The position numbers and the translations under genes were made by a program. A DNA stretch of 64,000 nucleotides from Patescibacteria group bacterium. GTDB taxonomy: Bacteria > Patescibacteriota > Patescibacteriia > UBA9570 > JAHJKD01. Shown here one piece after another: positions 1 to 9,321 of the stretch. How positions within the stretch are numbered: the stretch's first letter is position 1; each line of letters starts with the position of its first letter. The DNA is taken from the NCBI GenBank assembly GCA_043798935.1, contig JAZDOC010000017.1, forward strand, positions 64,381-128,380, in the 5' to 3' direction. Under the pieces are notes generated by a model, which saw nothing but the letters and a program-made list of their open reading frames with translations, was not told the DNA's origin and made no database searches.

Positions 1-2
1 AA

Positions 3-1430
3 GGTTTAGATGATTTATTAGCATCAAATCCAGATACTGCTTTGATAGTACCGGATAATTTTTCTGATAGATTCAATAATATGCAACGAATATTTAGAAG
101 CGAGAAACAATTAAGACAAGCACCGCCAGAACAAGCTGAAAAAAGAGAAAGAACAAAAATTATTCAAGCCGAGCCCTTCAAAGTGGGTGAAAAAAGATAT
201 GTTAAAATAAAGGATCGTATATTTGATATTACAAGAGGTGCACTATCTATACCGGCTGATGTCGATGGTACGTTAGATTTAAGAAAATTGCATCGTCAGA
301 TTAGCGAGTTATACATTGGTGCCAGTAGGGCTGACAGTTTGCTTTTACCTGAAGGTGTAACCGACATTTATTTACCATCTATCAAATCTTTAGACGGATT
401 AAGTTTACCTAAACGTATATTTGAATTTGATTTCGATGAACCACTAAGTCCTGATGTGCGCATATTCGTACGGCCTGATATTGAAAAAAGCCATATCCAA
501 GCTTATGTGCATGCTTTAGAAAAAGATCGCGGTCATGTTATGGTTGGTCAAATTGGCGATCCTTCCAATCGGGGAGAAATAACATGGACAGACGCAGAAA
601 ACGATCATCCATATGTTCAGCCCAAAACAATTACCGGTGAAGATTTATATAAAAGATTTTTTTCTCAGACTTGGCAGCGAGCTTTTAGGCCACGGGAAGA
701 ACAGGCTACGGGCTCAGCGCCTGCAGAATATAGAGATGTTTTAACGGCCATGGTTTATGAAAAAGTTCGTTCCGGTTGCGGTTATTGGAGTGATTGTTTG
801 CCGGCTGAATTGGCTAGAAAAATTTATGTTGATTTAGTGAACCAAGTATTAGAATTTAAAAAAGGCTCTCCGGGTGCAGTATTTAAAAAACAAATGGACG
901 CTAAATCATTAAAAGATAAAACTTGGGAAGATGTAATAAAAGAGAGCATAAAAAAGCAAGGACGAAGAATTTTAGACACTGTTGATTATTTTCATGATAC
1001 TTTTTTAGATCCCCTTTTAATATCATTTCAAGAAGCTGGTGATGATGCTAATGAAGACCTAGAAGGAAGTTTTTTTCAGCACGACGAGGCTTTATTTGAA
1101 AGTTTTACACGAATGGTTGGAAATGAGTATGCCAATACCGTATATGATATTATTAATAAAACAGTAAAGGCAGATTATGGATTTTGGAATAATTTTGAAC
1201 CGTCGGCTACAGCGCGTAAAATTTTAAAAGATGTAATAGATAAAATAGATTTAGAGAAAACAAGAATGAAACAAGAGTCAAGTAAATTTAACGAGCAAAG
1301 ATGCTATGGACAAACGTTGTCGGAATTTATTATGGAACGAGAGTATGAACATAGTTCTTCGAAAAGAAAAAAGGCAATGAATGCAATAGAGGCTTTGGCA
1401 TCAATCCGACAAGCTGTGCAATCAAGCTAA
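3..1430 (+). CDS. Hypothetical protein, 5' end truncated by the window edge. The reading frame is open from nt 3; the ORF track starts at the first internal Met at 42.
   Basis: The same frame is open from nt 3 with no stop until 1430. I recognise no family motif. It is hydrophilic with no predicted TM segment. Confidence 0.5.
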   Translation, partial: GLDDLLASNPDTALIVPDNFSDRFNNMQRIFRSEKQLRQAPPEQAEKRERTKIIQAEPFKVGEKRYVKIKDRIFDITRGALSIPADVDGTLDLRKLHRQISELYIGASRADSLLLPEGVTDIYLPSIKSLDGLSLPKRIFEFDFDEPLSPDVRIFVRPDIEKSHIQAYVHALEKDRGHVMVGQIGDPSNRGEITWTDAENDHPYVQPKTITGEDLYKRFFSQTWQRAFRPREEQATGSAPAEYRDVLTAMVYEKVRSGCGYWSDCLPAELARKIYVDLVNQVLEFKKGSPGAVFKKQMDAKSLKDKTWEDVIKESIKKQGRRILDTVDYFHDTFLDPLLISFQEAGDDANEDLEGSFFQHDEALFESFTRMVGNEYANTVYDIINKTVKADYGFWNNFEPSATARKILKDVIDKIDLEKTRMKQESSKFNEQRCYGQTLSEFIMEREYEHSSSKRKKAMNAIEALASIRQAVQSS

Positions 1431-1780
1431 TTTTTAATTTTAATTTTAATTTTAATTTTTTATTAACGGTTAACCCGGTCAACTAACAAAACACTATTTA
1501 ATAAGGTGCGCAGAATCTGGCCTTGCCTAATAAAATCAAACTAGAAAATAATATAAGTATATGGATCAAAAAGATAAAATTCAACCAGAAAATACAGACA
1601 ATCAAATAGTCGAAGAAAAAAAGAATAATTCCAAAAAAGTAATTTTTTATCCCAGTATCGGTAATGTTGGTGGCCGGCTGGTTACTAAAAAAATAATTTC
1701 TGAACCGGAAAATTAGAAATTGAAAATTTAGTGAAAATTGTAAAATCAATAATTGAAAATTAAATAATAATAATAAATAT

Positions 1781-4700
1781 ATGACACCTTATGAAGATGA
1801 TAAAATAAAATCAAAGCCTACGCGAATACATGACAGTACTACAAAAGATGGCACTGAAAGAAGGTTTGGCCAAGCTGAACCAGTTCGACCACCGCTTCCT
1901 GAAACATTGCGACCAACTGCAGCCGCAGCCGCAGAGACTCTTGAACATGCCGCCGCCATAGCTGATGGAGTGCCTAAGGATGCTGGCATGTTTGCAATAC
2001 CGGAGGATTTAACTGAAAGCGAAGACGTTGATGATGGCCTTCTCTTTGAGACAACGTTTTTGTCGCCGAACGAAGCGAGGCCACTACAAGCAGGGGTGGC
2101 ATCACAAAGGGAACGGGAAGACGAACCTGCGACAGATCCAAATATTGAAGAGAAAGTAAATGAATCAGAAGAGACACAAGCAGACGCAGAACAACCAGTG
2201 GCAGAAAGAGCCAGAGATGCCCGCCAAGCTATTGGAGATAAATTAATAAAAGTACTTTCATTATTAGAAGGTGATAATTTAAATTCAGTAATTAGCCAGA
2301 TAGAACAAAATAAACCCGATTTTTGGGCTGGCCTTCATGGCCGCGGGCGTGAGGTTAAAGATAAATTAAAAAGATTCGGTGGCGCCAAGCGGATGATTAA
2401 AAATATTATAAGGCGTTTATATGAAACTGTAATAGAGCCACGAAACGAACCAAGTACAGATGCACACTTAAGTGTGATTAATATCAATTTGTTCGACGAT
2501 CAATCTATTATTGCGTTTACTGAGAAAATAACACAATTAGAAGAAGCATTAAATAGCTTAATCACTTCACCAACAAACACAGCCGAAGGCGGCGAATCGA
2601 CAACGGAACAATCGTCTGCCCAAATACCAGCAACAGTGGATTATACAGAAGTAATAGCGAAAATTTTAGACAGTGCAGGAACAATTCATGAAGCAGAGGA
2701 TTTTATTAAAAGAGAGAAATTTTATCGAGAGCAAGCGTTTGTTTATTTATATGATGGCAGGCATGATTCGAGAACAGGAACATGCTTTCATTCCAGTTGT
2801 AATTTTCGTACTGATATTAATTATGATGTCCGTGTTAGGGACTGGCATAATGCTGCACAGAGGGAAAGCCAGCATTGGTGTCTCTTTTCAAATTATGAAC
2901 TGCAAGCCTCAGACAACTATGATTATCGGCTGGAAGCATTTAATTTAAATAAATTATTTGAAGTTTACGGCCATGAGAAAATACATGCTTTAGCAGAGAG
3001 GATTTTCGATAGATTTCATAATTCAGCTAAATATTTTCATGACGGCCAGGAAGCGGCTGATCCTTTTTTACGATCTCCAGGCTGGGTTTACAAAGAGCTG
3101 GTTAAACATTTTGGTGAACTACAAACAAGCAAAAAGGCTGATCCAGCAACAGCTAGGGCCGATGAGCTTCCTAGCATTGAAGAATTATTTTCCGAACAAG
3201 TGCAACAGCAAATGGTTGACCGCGCTTTAGGACAGGAAGTTTATAATAGTAGAACACATTATGGATTGGATGCTGATTTGAAGAAATTAGAAGGTCATGA
3301 AAATTATACAGCTATATCTGCGCAATTTCGAGAAGCTAATGATGGTCAAGATATTAGTGCTCATGGGGTGATATTACAAGAATTAGGAAAGCTGGTCGGT
3401 GAAGCGTCGCAAGAGGTTTATATCGGTAAGCAACTTCAGGGTTTAATAGATTTTTTGCAAGACGATTATAAATTAACACGCTTAGCCCAGGCAATTGAAA
3501 AAAAAGCTAAGGGTGGTTTTTTGGGTCGATTTAATAAAAATCAAGCTAGAATTCTAGAAACTATTAAAAAAGAGGGTGGCGCCATGATCATGCTGCGAAA
3601 TTTGAAAAAGAGCCTGCTTGAAGTGCAAGAGAAAATGAAACAGTTGAACAGAGCTGAAACTAATGATTTTGCCGGCAACATTGCTGAATTAAAAAAGGCT
3701 ATTGGTGCCATGGATGCTTCAGATACAGAAATTAAAAAAAGCTTGATAGTAGTGGTTGACAATCTAGAATATTTGCAAACGTTAAACGAGAAAACCAAGA
3801 AACAAAAAGCCTTAGCTGAATTGCCGCCGGACAATCATAAATATTCGATTTCTGAAAGCCGGCTCCCATCTTCAGATAAAAAACCACCTGCTTTTGCAGT
3901 AAAAATGAGGGATTCATTGGATAGAAACATTAAGTGTTATTATGGTGAGGGTGGCGATCGAGAGCAGATCGGTATAGATTTTACTAGTCGAGCTAAGCAA
4001 TTAATTAAACAGTATGAAAAAACACAACCTAAAATAAAAGAGAATAGAATTGCTTTTGTGCAGAAGCGGAAAGAAAAAGCAAGTGATTTATATGACGCAA
4101 CTTACACACAGTTATTAGAAGAAGAAAATTCTTTAATGAGGGCAATTGATGGTCATTTTGCAGATATTACTTTTCAAACCGGATTGTATCACGCCGATCA
4201 TATGGGTTTAGTGATGAAACAAATGGAAAACAGCCAGCGGCGTTTGCAGGAAGTGCATCGTAAATGGCAGGCATTAGCTAAATTCGATATTGAATCACCA
4301 GAACCAGAACCAGACCAAGAAACAGATGAAGTAAAAAAAAGAGAAAGATTCGAGTCGTTATTTAAGCAAACAGTCGCTTCTCCGCTGGAAGGTGATAATG
4401 AAGACAGAAGAGATGTGGCAGAGGAATTAAGACGTATTGTTGTTGTAAGTCGCGAGCAGGCAGCCTATATTGCGCGAGAGAAAGATAAAATTTATGAACA
4501 AGAAAAAGCTGGCCGCTTAACTAGAGGGCAAGCTAAAAAGGCTATAGATTCTTTGGATCGTTCTGTTTTTACAACCATAGATTTAGAAATAAGATATAAA
4601 GATGTTTTAGAACGCGCATATAGCCATTTGCCGGCTGAAAAACGAAAGTGTGCTGTAGAGGCTGAAATGGCTTACTTAAAAGGCGTGATTCAACAAACAA

Positions 4701-5128
4701 ACAGCGACGTTGAACAAGAAATAATGAGCCAAAGCAAGATGTACCGTGCGAAAAAGAAGTTAGGCATAATATCAGGCGAAGTAGCTTCAGGAGCATGGCG
4801 GCTAGCCAAAAAGCCGTTTGGTTTTGCAGACCGCGTCATTGATGCCGGGCTTGTATCAGGTGGTGTAAAAGCTTGGGGCGTTAAAGAAGCGATAAAAAGA
4901 TCAGGCGCAAAGTTCGAAGATTCGGCTAGAAAAATGTTGAGCGAACAAGGGCCTGTTGTACAAGAAAAAATAGGCAACGCTCTCATTAAAGCAATTGATA
5001 GATTAGCAGAATATTTAAAAAGAAAACCAGCTGAAAATATTGGCAATGAGGAAGGGGCTGAGACTGAGCCATCAACAGAATCAGAGCAACCCAAAAATGA
5101 AGGAGATAATAGTGAACCGCAAGCATAA
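1781..5128 (+). CDS. Large hypothetical protein of 1115 aa, predicted cytoplasmic and coiled-coil rich, with an acidic/Pro-Ala-rich N-terminal region.
   Basis: Uninterrupted 3.3 kb ORF. It has no Walker motifs, no TM segments and no recognisable catalytic signature. The first ~400 nt are locally GC-rich. Confidence 0.55.
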   Translation: MTPYEDDKIKSKPTRIHDSTTKDGTERRFGQAEPVRPPLPETLRPTAAAAAETLEHAAAIADGVPKDAGMFAIPEDLTESEDVDDGLLFETTFLSPNEARPLQAGVASQREREDEPATDPNIEEKVNESEETQADAEQPVAERARDARQAIGDKLIKVLSLLEGDNLNSVISQIEQNKPDFWAGLHGRGREVKDKLKRFGGAKRMIKNIIRRLYETVIEPRNEPSTDAHLSVININLFDDQSIIAFTEKITQLEEALNSLITSPTNTAEGGESTTEQSSAQIPATVDYTEVIAKILDSAGTIHEAEDFIKREKFYREQAFVYLYDGRHDSRTGTCFHSSCNFRTDINYDVRVRDWHNAAQRESQHWCLFSNYELQASDNYDYRLEAFNLNKLFEVYGHEKIHALAERIFDRFHNSAKYFHDGQEAADPFLRSPGWVYKELVKHFGELQTSKKADPATARADELPSIEELFSEQVQQQMVDRALGQEVYNSRTHYGLDADLKKLEGHENYTAISAQFREANDGQDISAHGVILQELGKLVGEASQEVYIGKQLQGLIDFLQDDYKLTRLAQAIEKKAKGGFLGRFNKNQARILETIKKEGGAMIMLRNLKKSLLEVQEKMKQLNRAETNDFAGNIAELKKAIGAMDASDTEIKKSLIVVVDNLEYLQTLNEKTKKQKALAELPPDNHKYSISESRLPSSDKKPPAFAVKMRDSLDRNIKCYYGEGGDREQIGIDFTSRAKQLIKQYEKTQPKIKENRIAFVQKRKEKASDLYDATYTQLLEEENSLMRAIDGHFADITFQTGLYHADHMGLVMKQMENSQRRLQEVHRKWQALAKFDIESPEPEPDQETDEVKKRERFESLFKQTVASPLEGDNEDRRDVAEELRRIVVVSREQAAYIAREKDKIYEQEKAGRLTRGQAKKAIDSLDRSVFTTIDLEIRYKDVLERAYSHLPAEKRKCAVEAEMAYLKGVIQQTNSDVEQEIMSQSKMYRAKKKLGIISGEVASGAWRLAKKPFGFADRVIDAGLVSGGVKAWGVKEAIKRSGAKFEDSARKMLSEQGPVVQEKIGNALIKAIDRLAEYLKRKPAENIGNEEGAETEPSTESEQPKNEGDNSEPQA

Positions 5129-5201
5129 TATGTTATGACCTGGCTTGCCCAGGTCAGAAAAGTGTAAGAGATATCTTGTCTCTACAGATGCATACAACCG
5201 T

Positions 5202-5230
5202 TTGACACAAAAACTAGCTTATGTTATATT
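5202..5230 (+). promoter_or_regulatory. Sigma70-like promoter TTGACA-N17-TATATT upstream of rpsO.
   Basis: TTGACA lies at 5202-5207, followed by a 17-nt spacer and TATATT at 5225-5230. It sits ~95 nt upstream of the rpsO start, with an AAGGAAA Shine-Dalgarno before the ATG. Confidence 0.5.
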
Positions 5231-5324
5231 AGCTTTGCTTTTTTAATTAATAAAATAACTTCCATGCCTTGGCTTAGGGCCATGAAGCACGCTAAGGACT
5301 CGGGTATGGAACAAAAGGAAAACT

Positions 5325-5597
5325 ATGATTACGAAACAGCAAAAAGACAACATTATTAAGAAATTCGCCACCAAAAGTGGTGACACCGGTTCCCCGCAGG
5401 TGCAAGTAGCCTTATTAAGCTATGAAATCACCGAGCTTAGCCTGCACTTGCAAGCTCACAAAAAAGATCATTCTTCTCGCCGTGGTTTGCTTAAAAAAGT
5501 AGGCCAAAGACGTCGCTTATTACGCTATTTAAAGAAAGAAAATCTTGCCGAATACGAGAAATCAATCAAAGCTTTAAAGCTTAAAGACACTATATAA
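5325..5597 (+). CDS. rpsO: 30S ribosomal protein S15.
   Basis: 90 aa. It carries the conserved S15 core TGSPQVQVALLSYEITELSLHLQAHKKDHSSRRGLLKKVGQRRRLLRYL, and a Shine-Dalgarno AAGGAAA lies upstream. Confidence 0.95.
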   Translation: MITKQQKDNIIKKFATKSGDTGSPQVQVALLSYEITELSLHLQAHKKDHSSRRGLLKKVGQRRRLLRYLKKENLAEYEKSIKALKLKDTI

Positions 5598-5653
5598 TTA
5601 GTGTTTTTTAGTTATTATTATAATTTATTCTACTAAATTGGGTTGAATATTGA

Positions 5654-6259
5654 ATGTCGGGTAAAAAAAGCAACAATTCGAATAAAAAATCAGGCTTATA
5701 TGTAATATTGTTTATTGTTATGTTGGGCCTGATTTTTGTTTATTATTCAAAAAATACGTCGTCAGTTAATAATAATAATAATATTAATATAAATAGTGTT
5801 AATAATGTAAATGATACGCAAAGCAGTAATGAAAATAATGCAGGTAATGAAAATGTTAATAGTAGCGATAACCTAAAGGTTAATTCAAATGTAAATGTAG
5901 ATGCTGGCGGAGAGCCAATAGCGCGACCACAGCCAAACACTAATATTATTATCCGCGGATATGATAACATTAGAAAAACCGGTACGGGTGAAATAGAAAC
6001 ATTAGATTTAGGCGGTGGAAATACCATTAGTATTATGCCTCAAGAGCTAGAAGGTATGGTTCGGAGTAGTTTGGGAGCGATTAAAGAAGAGCATATTGTA
6101 GTAGCGGGCAAAGAAGCCGTCCGTTTAACTGGCGAGAGTGCTAAAGATGGATCGTCCGTGACCTTTGTTTTATTAAAAAATCAAGATAAGCTTTATCACT
6201 TTAAAGGTGCTGACGCTTTTATTGATAATTTAAATAATATAATAGAATTTAACAATTAA
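5654..6259 (+). CDS. Hypothetical membrane-anchored protein with an Asn/Ser-rich low-complexity linker, inserted between rpsO and pnp.
   Basis: It has an N-terminal TM helix (LYVILFIVMLGLIFVYY), an N-rich tract (NNNNNININSVNNVN) and a C-terminal globular region. No family is recognised. Confidence 0.5.
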   Translation: MSGKKSNNSNKKSGLYVILFIVMLGLIFVYYSKNTSSVNNNNNININSVNNVNDTQSSNENNAGNENVNSSDNLKVNSNVNVDAGGEPIARPQPNTNIIIRGYDNIRKTGTGEIETLDLGGGNTISIMPQELEGMVRSSLGAIKEEHIVVAGKEAVRLTGESAKDGSSVTFVLLKNQDKLYHFKGADAFIDNLNNIIEFNN

Positions 6260-6272
6260 TTAATTTTTTTAG

Positions 6273-6355
6273 CCCGCAGACATGTAGACTCTTGAAATTC
6301 AATGAGTCTGAAGTCTGCGGACTAGAAATCGGCGCTAAACTTTTAGCTCCGATCC
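6273..6355 (+). promoter_or_regulatory. Pair of leader hairpins immediately upstream of pnp, a candidate PNPase autoregulatory / RNase III-processing element.
   Basis: The first hairpin pairs cccgcagac (6273-6281) with gtctgcgg (6313-6320), plus an inner stem agactc (6286-6291) / gagtct (6304-6309) around a 12-nt loop. The second pairs atcggcgct with agctccgat (6328-6355, one mismatch) and ends 8 nt before the pnp ATG. Confidence 0.4.
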
Positions 6356-6362
6356 AAAAACT

Positions 6363-8528
6363 ATGAACCAACCAAAAAAATTCGAGCTCGAATGGGCTGG
6401 AAAAAAACTAATTATCGAAACCGGTCAATTAGCCGGTTTAGCGAACGGTTCTTGCAAAGTGCAATATGGCGACACTGTGGTGTTAGCCACGGCTTGCATG
6501 AGTGAAGAACCTCGCCCCGATGTCACTTATTTTCCATTACAAGTGGAATATAGGGAAAATTTATATGCGGCCGGTATTATTTCCGGTTCACGTTTTATAA
6601 AAAGAGAAGGTCGTCCATCCGACAAAGCCATCTTAACTTCGCGTATTATCGATCGATCAATCCGTCCTTTATTTGATGAAAAAGTAAGAAATGATATTCA
6701 AGTTGTTGTTTCTGTTTTATCGGCCGACGGAGAAAATGAGCCGGATGTGCCTGGTTTAATCGGTGCTGTTTGCGCATTGAATTTATCAGACATTCCATTT
6801 AACGATCCTTTAGCGGCTACAGCCATTGCTTTACAAGCTGATGGCCAGATGATTGTAAATCCAACTTTTAAAGAAAAAGAAAGCGCTAAAGCAAATTTTT
6901 TCATTTCCAATAATGGCGCCGATGTGGTAATGATTGAAACCGACGCCAAAGAAGCGCAAGAAGATGAAACATATAAGGCTATTGAATATGCGGTCGAAAA
7001 CACAAAACCGGTTTTAGAATTACTAAGCAAGATAAAAGCTGAAATTGGCAAACAAAAACGTGCTATTCAAGTGCAAGAATATGAACCCGAAGAAATTGCC
7101 AGAAGAGAAATGATCGATCAGAAAGTTCAAGCTTTTACCAAAGAAGCTTTTATTAGGTTTTATGGCATTACCGATAAACATGAACGCCGTCGCATGGAAA
7201 AGAAGCTAAAAGCCGAATTGAGATTGCAAATTCCCAAAGATGAAGAACCTCATGCTTTTGAACTGTTTGAAAAATTTATGGAAAAAGAATGTCGACGAGT
7301 AGTACTAGAAACCGGCAAACGCATTGACGGTCGCGATTTAGACGAAATTCGTCCGTTAAGCACAATCGTTGGCGTTTTGCCGCGAACTCATGGCAGTGCA
7401 GTTTTCGAGCGTGGCGAAACGCAAGTATTAAGCGTTGTCACATTAGGTTCTCCTGGTGATGAGCAAACTGTTGACGGCATGGAAGGCGAAGGCAAGAAAC
7501 GCTATATGCATCATTATAATTTTCCTGGTTTCAGCGTGGGTGAAACCTCTCCTTTTCGTGGCCCGGGTCGTCGTGAAATTGGTCATGGTGCTTTAGCTGA
7601 AAAAGCTTTAATTCCAGTATTGCCAACCAAGGATGAATTTCCTTATACTATTCGCGTCGTGAGCGAAGTTTTAGCCTCGAATGGTTCATCTTCTCAGGCA
7701 TCAGCTTGCGGTTCAACCATGGCTTTATTAGACGCTGGCGTACCGATTAAAAAATTAGTCGCCGGTATTGCTATTGGCTTGATTACCGATGACACCGACA
7801 GAAATATTTTTAAAGTTTTAACTGATATACAAGGCGTCGAAGATCATGCTGGTGATATGGATTTTAAAGTTGCCGGTACCAGAGATGGCGTTACAGCCGT
7901 GCAATTAGACATTAAACTAGGCGGAATCAGTTTAATAGTGGTAAAAGAGGCTTTACAAAAAGCAAAAGTTGCTCGCATGCAGATATTAGATGTTATGCAG
8001 GCAGTTTTAACCGAACCCAGAAAGGAATTATCGCCTTATGCGCCACGCATTAAACAAATTAAAATTAATCCCGACAAAATTCGCGATTTAATTGGCCCAG
8101 GTGGTAAAGTAATTAATGAAATTATTGATGCGACCGGTGTGGCCATAGATATTGAAGATGACGGAAGCGTATTTGTAACTTCGGTTTCAGCCGAAGGCAT
8201 GAAAGCCGCTTTAGAGCGCATTAATGGTATCACCAAAGATGTCGAAGTGGGTGAGATTTATGAAGGCGAAATTGTAAAAATCGTCCAAGACAGAAACACC
8301 GGAGCCGATATTGGTGCGATCGTGCAATTAACGGCCGGCCACGATGGCATGGTGCATATTTCCCAAATTGCTATGGAAAGAGTCAATAAAATTCAAGATT
8401 ATGTAAAATTAGGCGAAAAGATTAAAGTAAAAGTAATGAAAGTTGATAAAGAAAAAGGTCGAATAGAATTATCTCGTAAAGTTTTATTAAATCAAGCAGG
8501 CAGTTCCGAGTCAAAAAAAGATTTTTAA
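6363..8528 (+). CDS. pnp: Polynucleotide phosphorylase (polyribonucleotide nucleotidyltransferase).
   Basis: 721 aa. It has tandem RNase PH-like core domains (RIDGRDLDEIRPL, HGSAVFERGETQVL) plus C-terminal KH- and S1-like segments, and lies downstream of rpsO as in the conserved operon. Confidence 0.95.
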   Translation: MNQPKKFELEWAGKKLIIETGQLAGLANGSCKVQYGDTVVLATACMSEEPRPDVTYFPLQVEYRENLYAAGIISGSRFIKREGRPSDKAILTSRIIDRSIRPLFDEKVRNDIQVVVSVLSADGENEPDVPGLIGAVCALNLSDIPFNDPLAATAIALQADGQMIVNPTFKEKESAKANFFISNNGADVVMIETDAKEAQEDETYKAIEYAVENTKPVLELLSKIKAEIGKQKRAIQVQEYEPEEIARREMIDQKVQAFTKEAFIRFYGITDKHERRRMEKKLKAELRLQIPKDEEPHAFELFEKFMEKECRRVVLETGKRIDGRDLDEIRPLSTIVGVLPRTHGSAVFERGETQVLSVVTLGSPGDEQTVDGMEGEGKKRYMHHYNFPGFSVGETSPFRGPGRREIGHGALAEKALIPVLPTKDEFPYTIRVVSEVLASNGSSSQASACGSTMALLDAGVPIKKLVAGIAIGLITDDTDRNIFKVLTDIQGVEDHAGDMDFKVAGTRDGVTAVQLDIKLGGISLIVVKEALQKAKVARMQILDVMQAVLTEPRKELSPYAPRIKQIKINPDKIRDLIGPGGKVINEIIDATGVAIDIEDDGSVFVTSVSAEGMKAALERINGITKDVEVGEIYEGEIVKIVQDRNTGADIGAIVQLTAGHDGMVHISQIAMERVNKIQDYVKLGEKIKVKVMKVDKEKGRIELSRKVLLNQAGSSESKKDF

Positions 8529-8547
8529 TAATTAATTTTTTATAGTT

Positions 8548-9105
8548 ATGGGAAAATTATTTGTTATTACCGGGCCTTCTGGTGCCGGCAAAGATAGCGT
8601 TATTTATAAAGCTAAAGAATTAGGCTTAAATTTTTCTCAGGTGGTTACTACCAGCACTCGCGAAATAAGAAATGGCGAATCCGAAGGACACCCTTATTAT
8701 TTTATTACACGCGAGAATTTTCAAAAGAAAATCGACGGCAGCCAAATGATTGAATGGGCCGAGGTTTATGGCAACATGTATGGCAGCAGTAAGGAAGAAG
8801 TAGAAAGCAAAATGCAAAATGAGCCGGTTGTGGTAGTTAAAGTAGACCCACAAGGTGCCAGAACTTTCAAAAAAATGGTACCGGAATGCATTACTTTGTT
8901 TATTATGCCGCCTTCTTATGAGTATTTGGAAAAAAGGTTGATTAATCGTGAAACCGATACCAAAGAGGTTATTAAACAGCGCTTAGAAACAGCTCGTAAA
9001 GAATTGGAAAATCTGCTTGACTGGGATTATTTGGTAGTAAATGAAGAAGGAAAGTTAAAAGAAGCTGCTTTGGAAGTTAAAGAAATTGTTGAAAACAATA
9101 TTTAG
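8548..9105 (+). CDS. gmk: Guanylate kinase.
   Basis: 185 aa. It has the P-loop GPSGAGKDSV and the GMP-binding region TTSTREIRNGESEGHPYYFI. Confidence 0.9.
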   Translation: MGKLFVITGPSGAGKDSVIYKAKELGLNFSQVVTTSTREIRNGESEGHPYYFITRENFQKKIDGSQMIEWAEVYGNMYGSSKEEVESKMQNEPVVVVKVDPQGARTFKKMVPECITLFIMPPSYEYLEKRLINRETDTKEVIKQRLETARKELENLLDWDYLVVNEEGKLKEAALEVKEIVENNI

Positions 9106-9115
9106 ATTTTTTAGG

Positions 9116-9186
9116 CCCTGAATTTATTCAGGGTACTAGAAAATAATATGCACGGCCCCGAATTTATTCGGGGCTTATATTTTTTG
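9116..9186 (+). terminator. Tandem near-duplicate hairpins downstream of gmk; the second has a T-run, giving a rho-independent terminator.
   Basis: The first is ccctgaa-ttta-ttcaggg (9116-9133). The second is gccccgaa-ttta-ttcggggc (9155-9174) followed by ttatattttttg (9175-9186). Confidence 0.7.
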
Positions 9187-9212
9187 TGGATAACTTGTTC
9201 ACATGTGGATAA
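9185..9212 (-). promoter_or_regulatory. Two perfect DnaA boxes (TTATCCACA on the minus strand) in direct repeat.
   Basis: tgtggataa occurs at 9185-9193 and again at 9204-9212, 10 bp apart, immediately followed by a ~100 bp AT-rich tract. Confidence 0.5.
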
Positions 9213-9285
9213 GTTATAAATTATAATAATACATAGTTATTAACACATTTTTTGGCTAATGTAAGATAAATTTTATAACATATTA

Positions 9286-9314
9286 TTGACGTAGTGTCAT
9301 ATATCTGATATATT
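9286..9314 (+). promoter_or_regulatory. Sigma70-like promoter TTGACG-N17-TATATT.
   Basis: TTGACG lies at 9286-9291, followed by a 17-nt spacer and TATATT at 9309-9314. No protein ORF follows on this strand before the terminator at 9649-9682. Confidence 0.45.
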
Positions 9315-9321
9315 TAATATA

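Noticed and set aside
1498-1749. 83-aa minus-strand hydrophobic ORF in the spacer between the first two genes.
   Set aside because: It sits in a low-complexity AT-rich spacer that includes a microsatellite. It is antisense to the candidate small plus ORF, with no Shine-Dalgarno or promoter signal. It is probably spurious.
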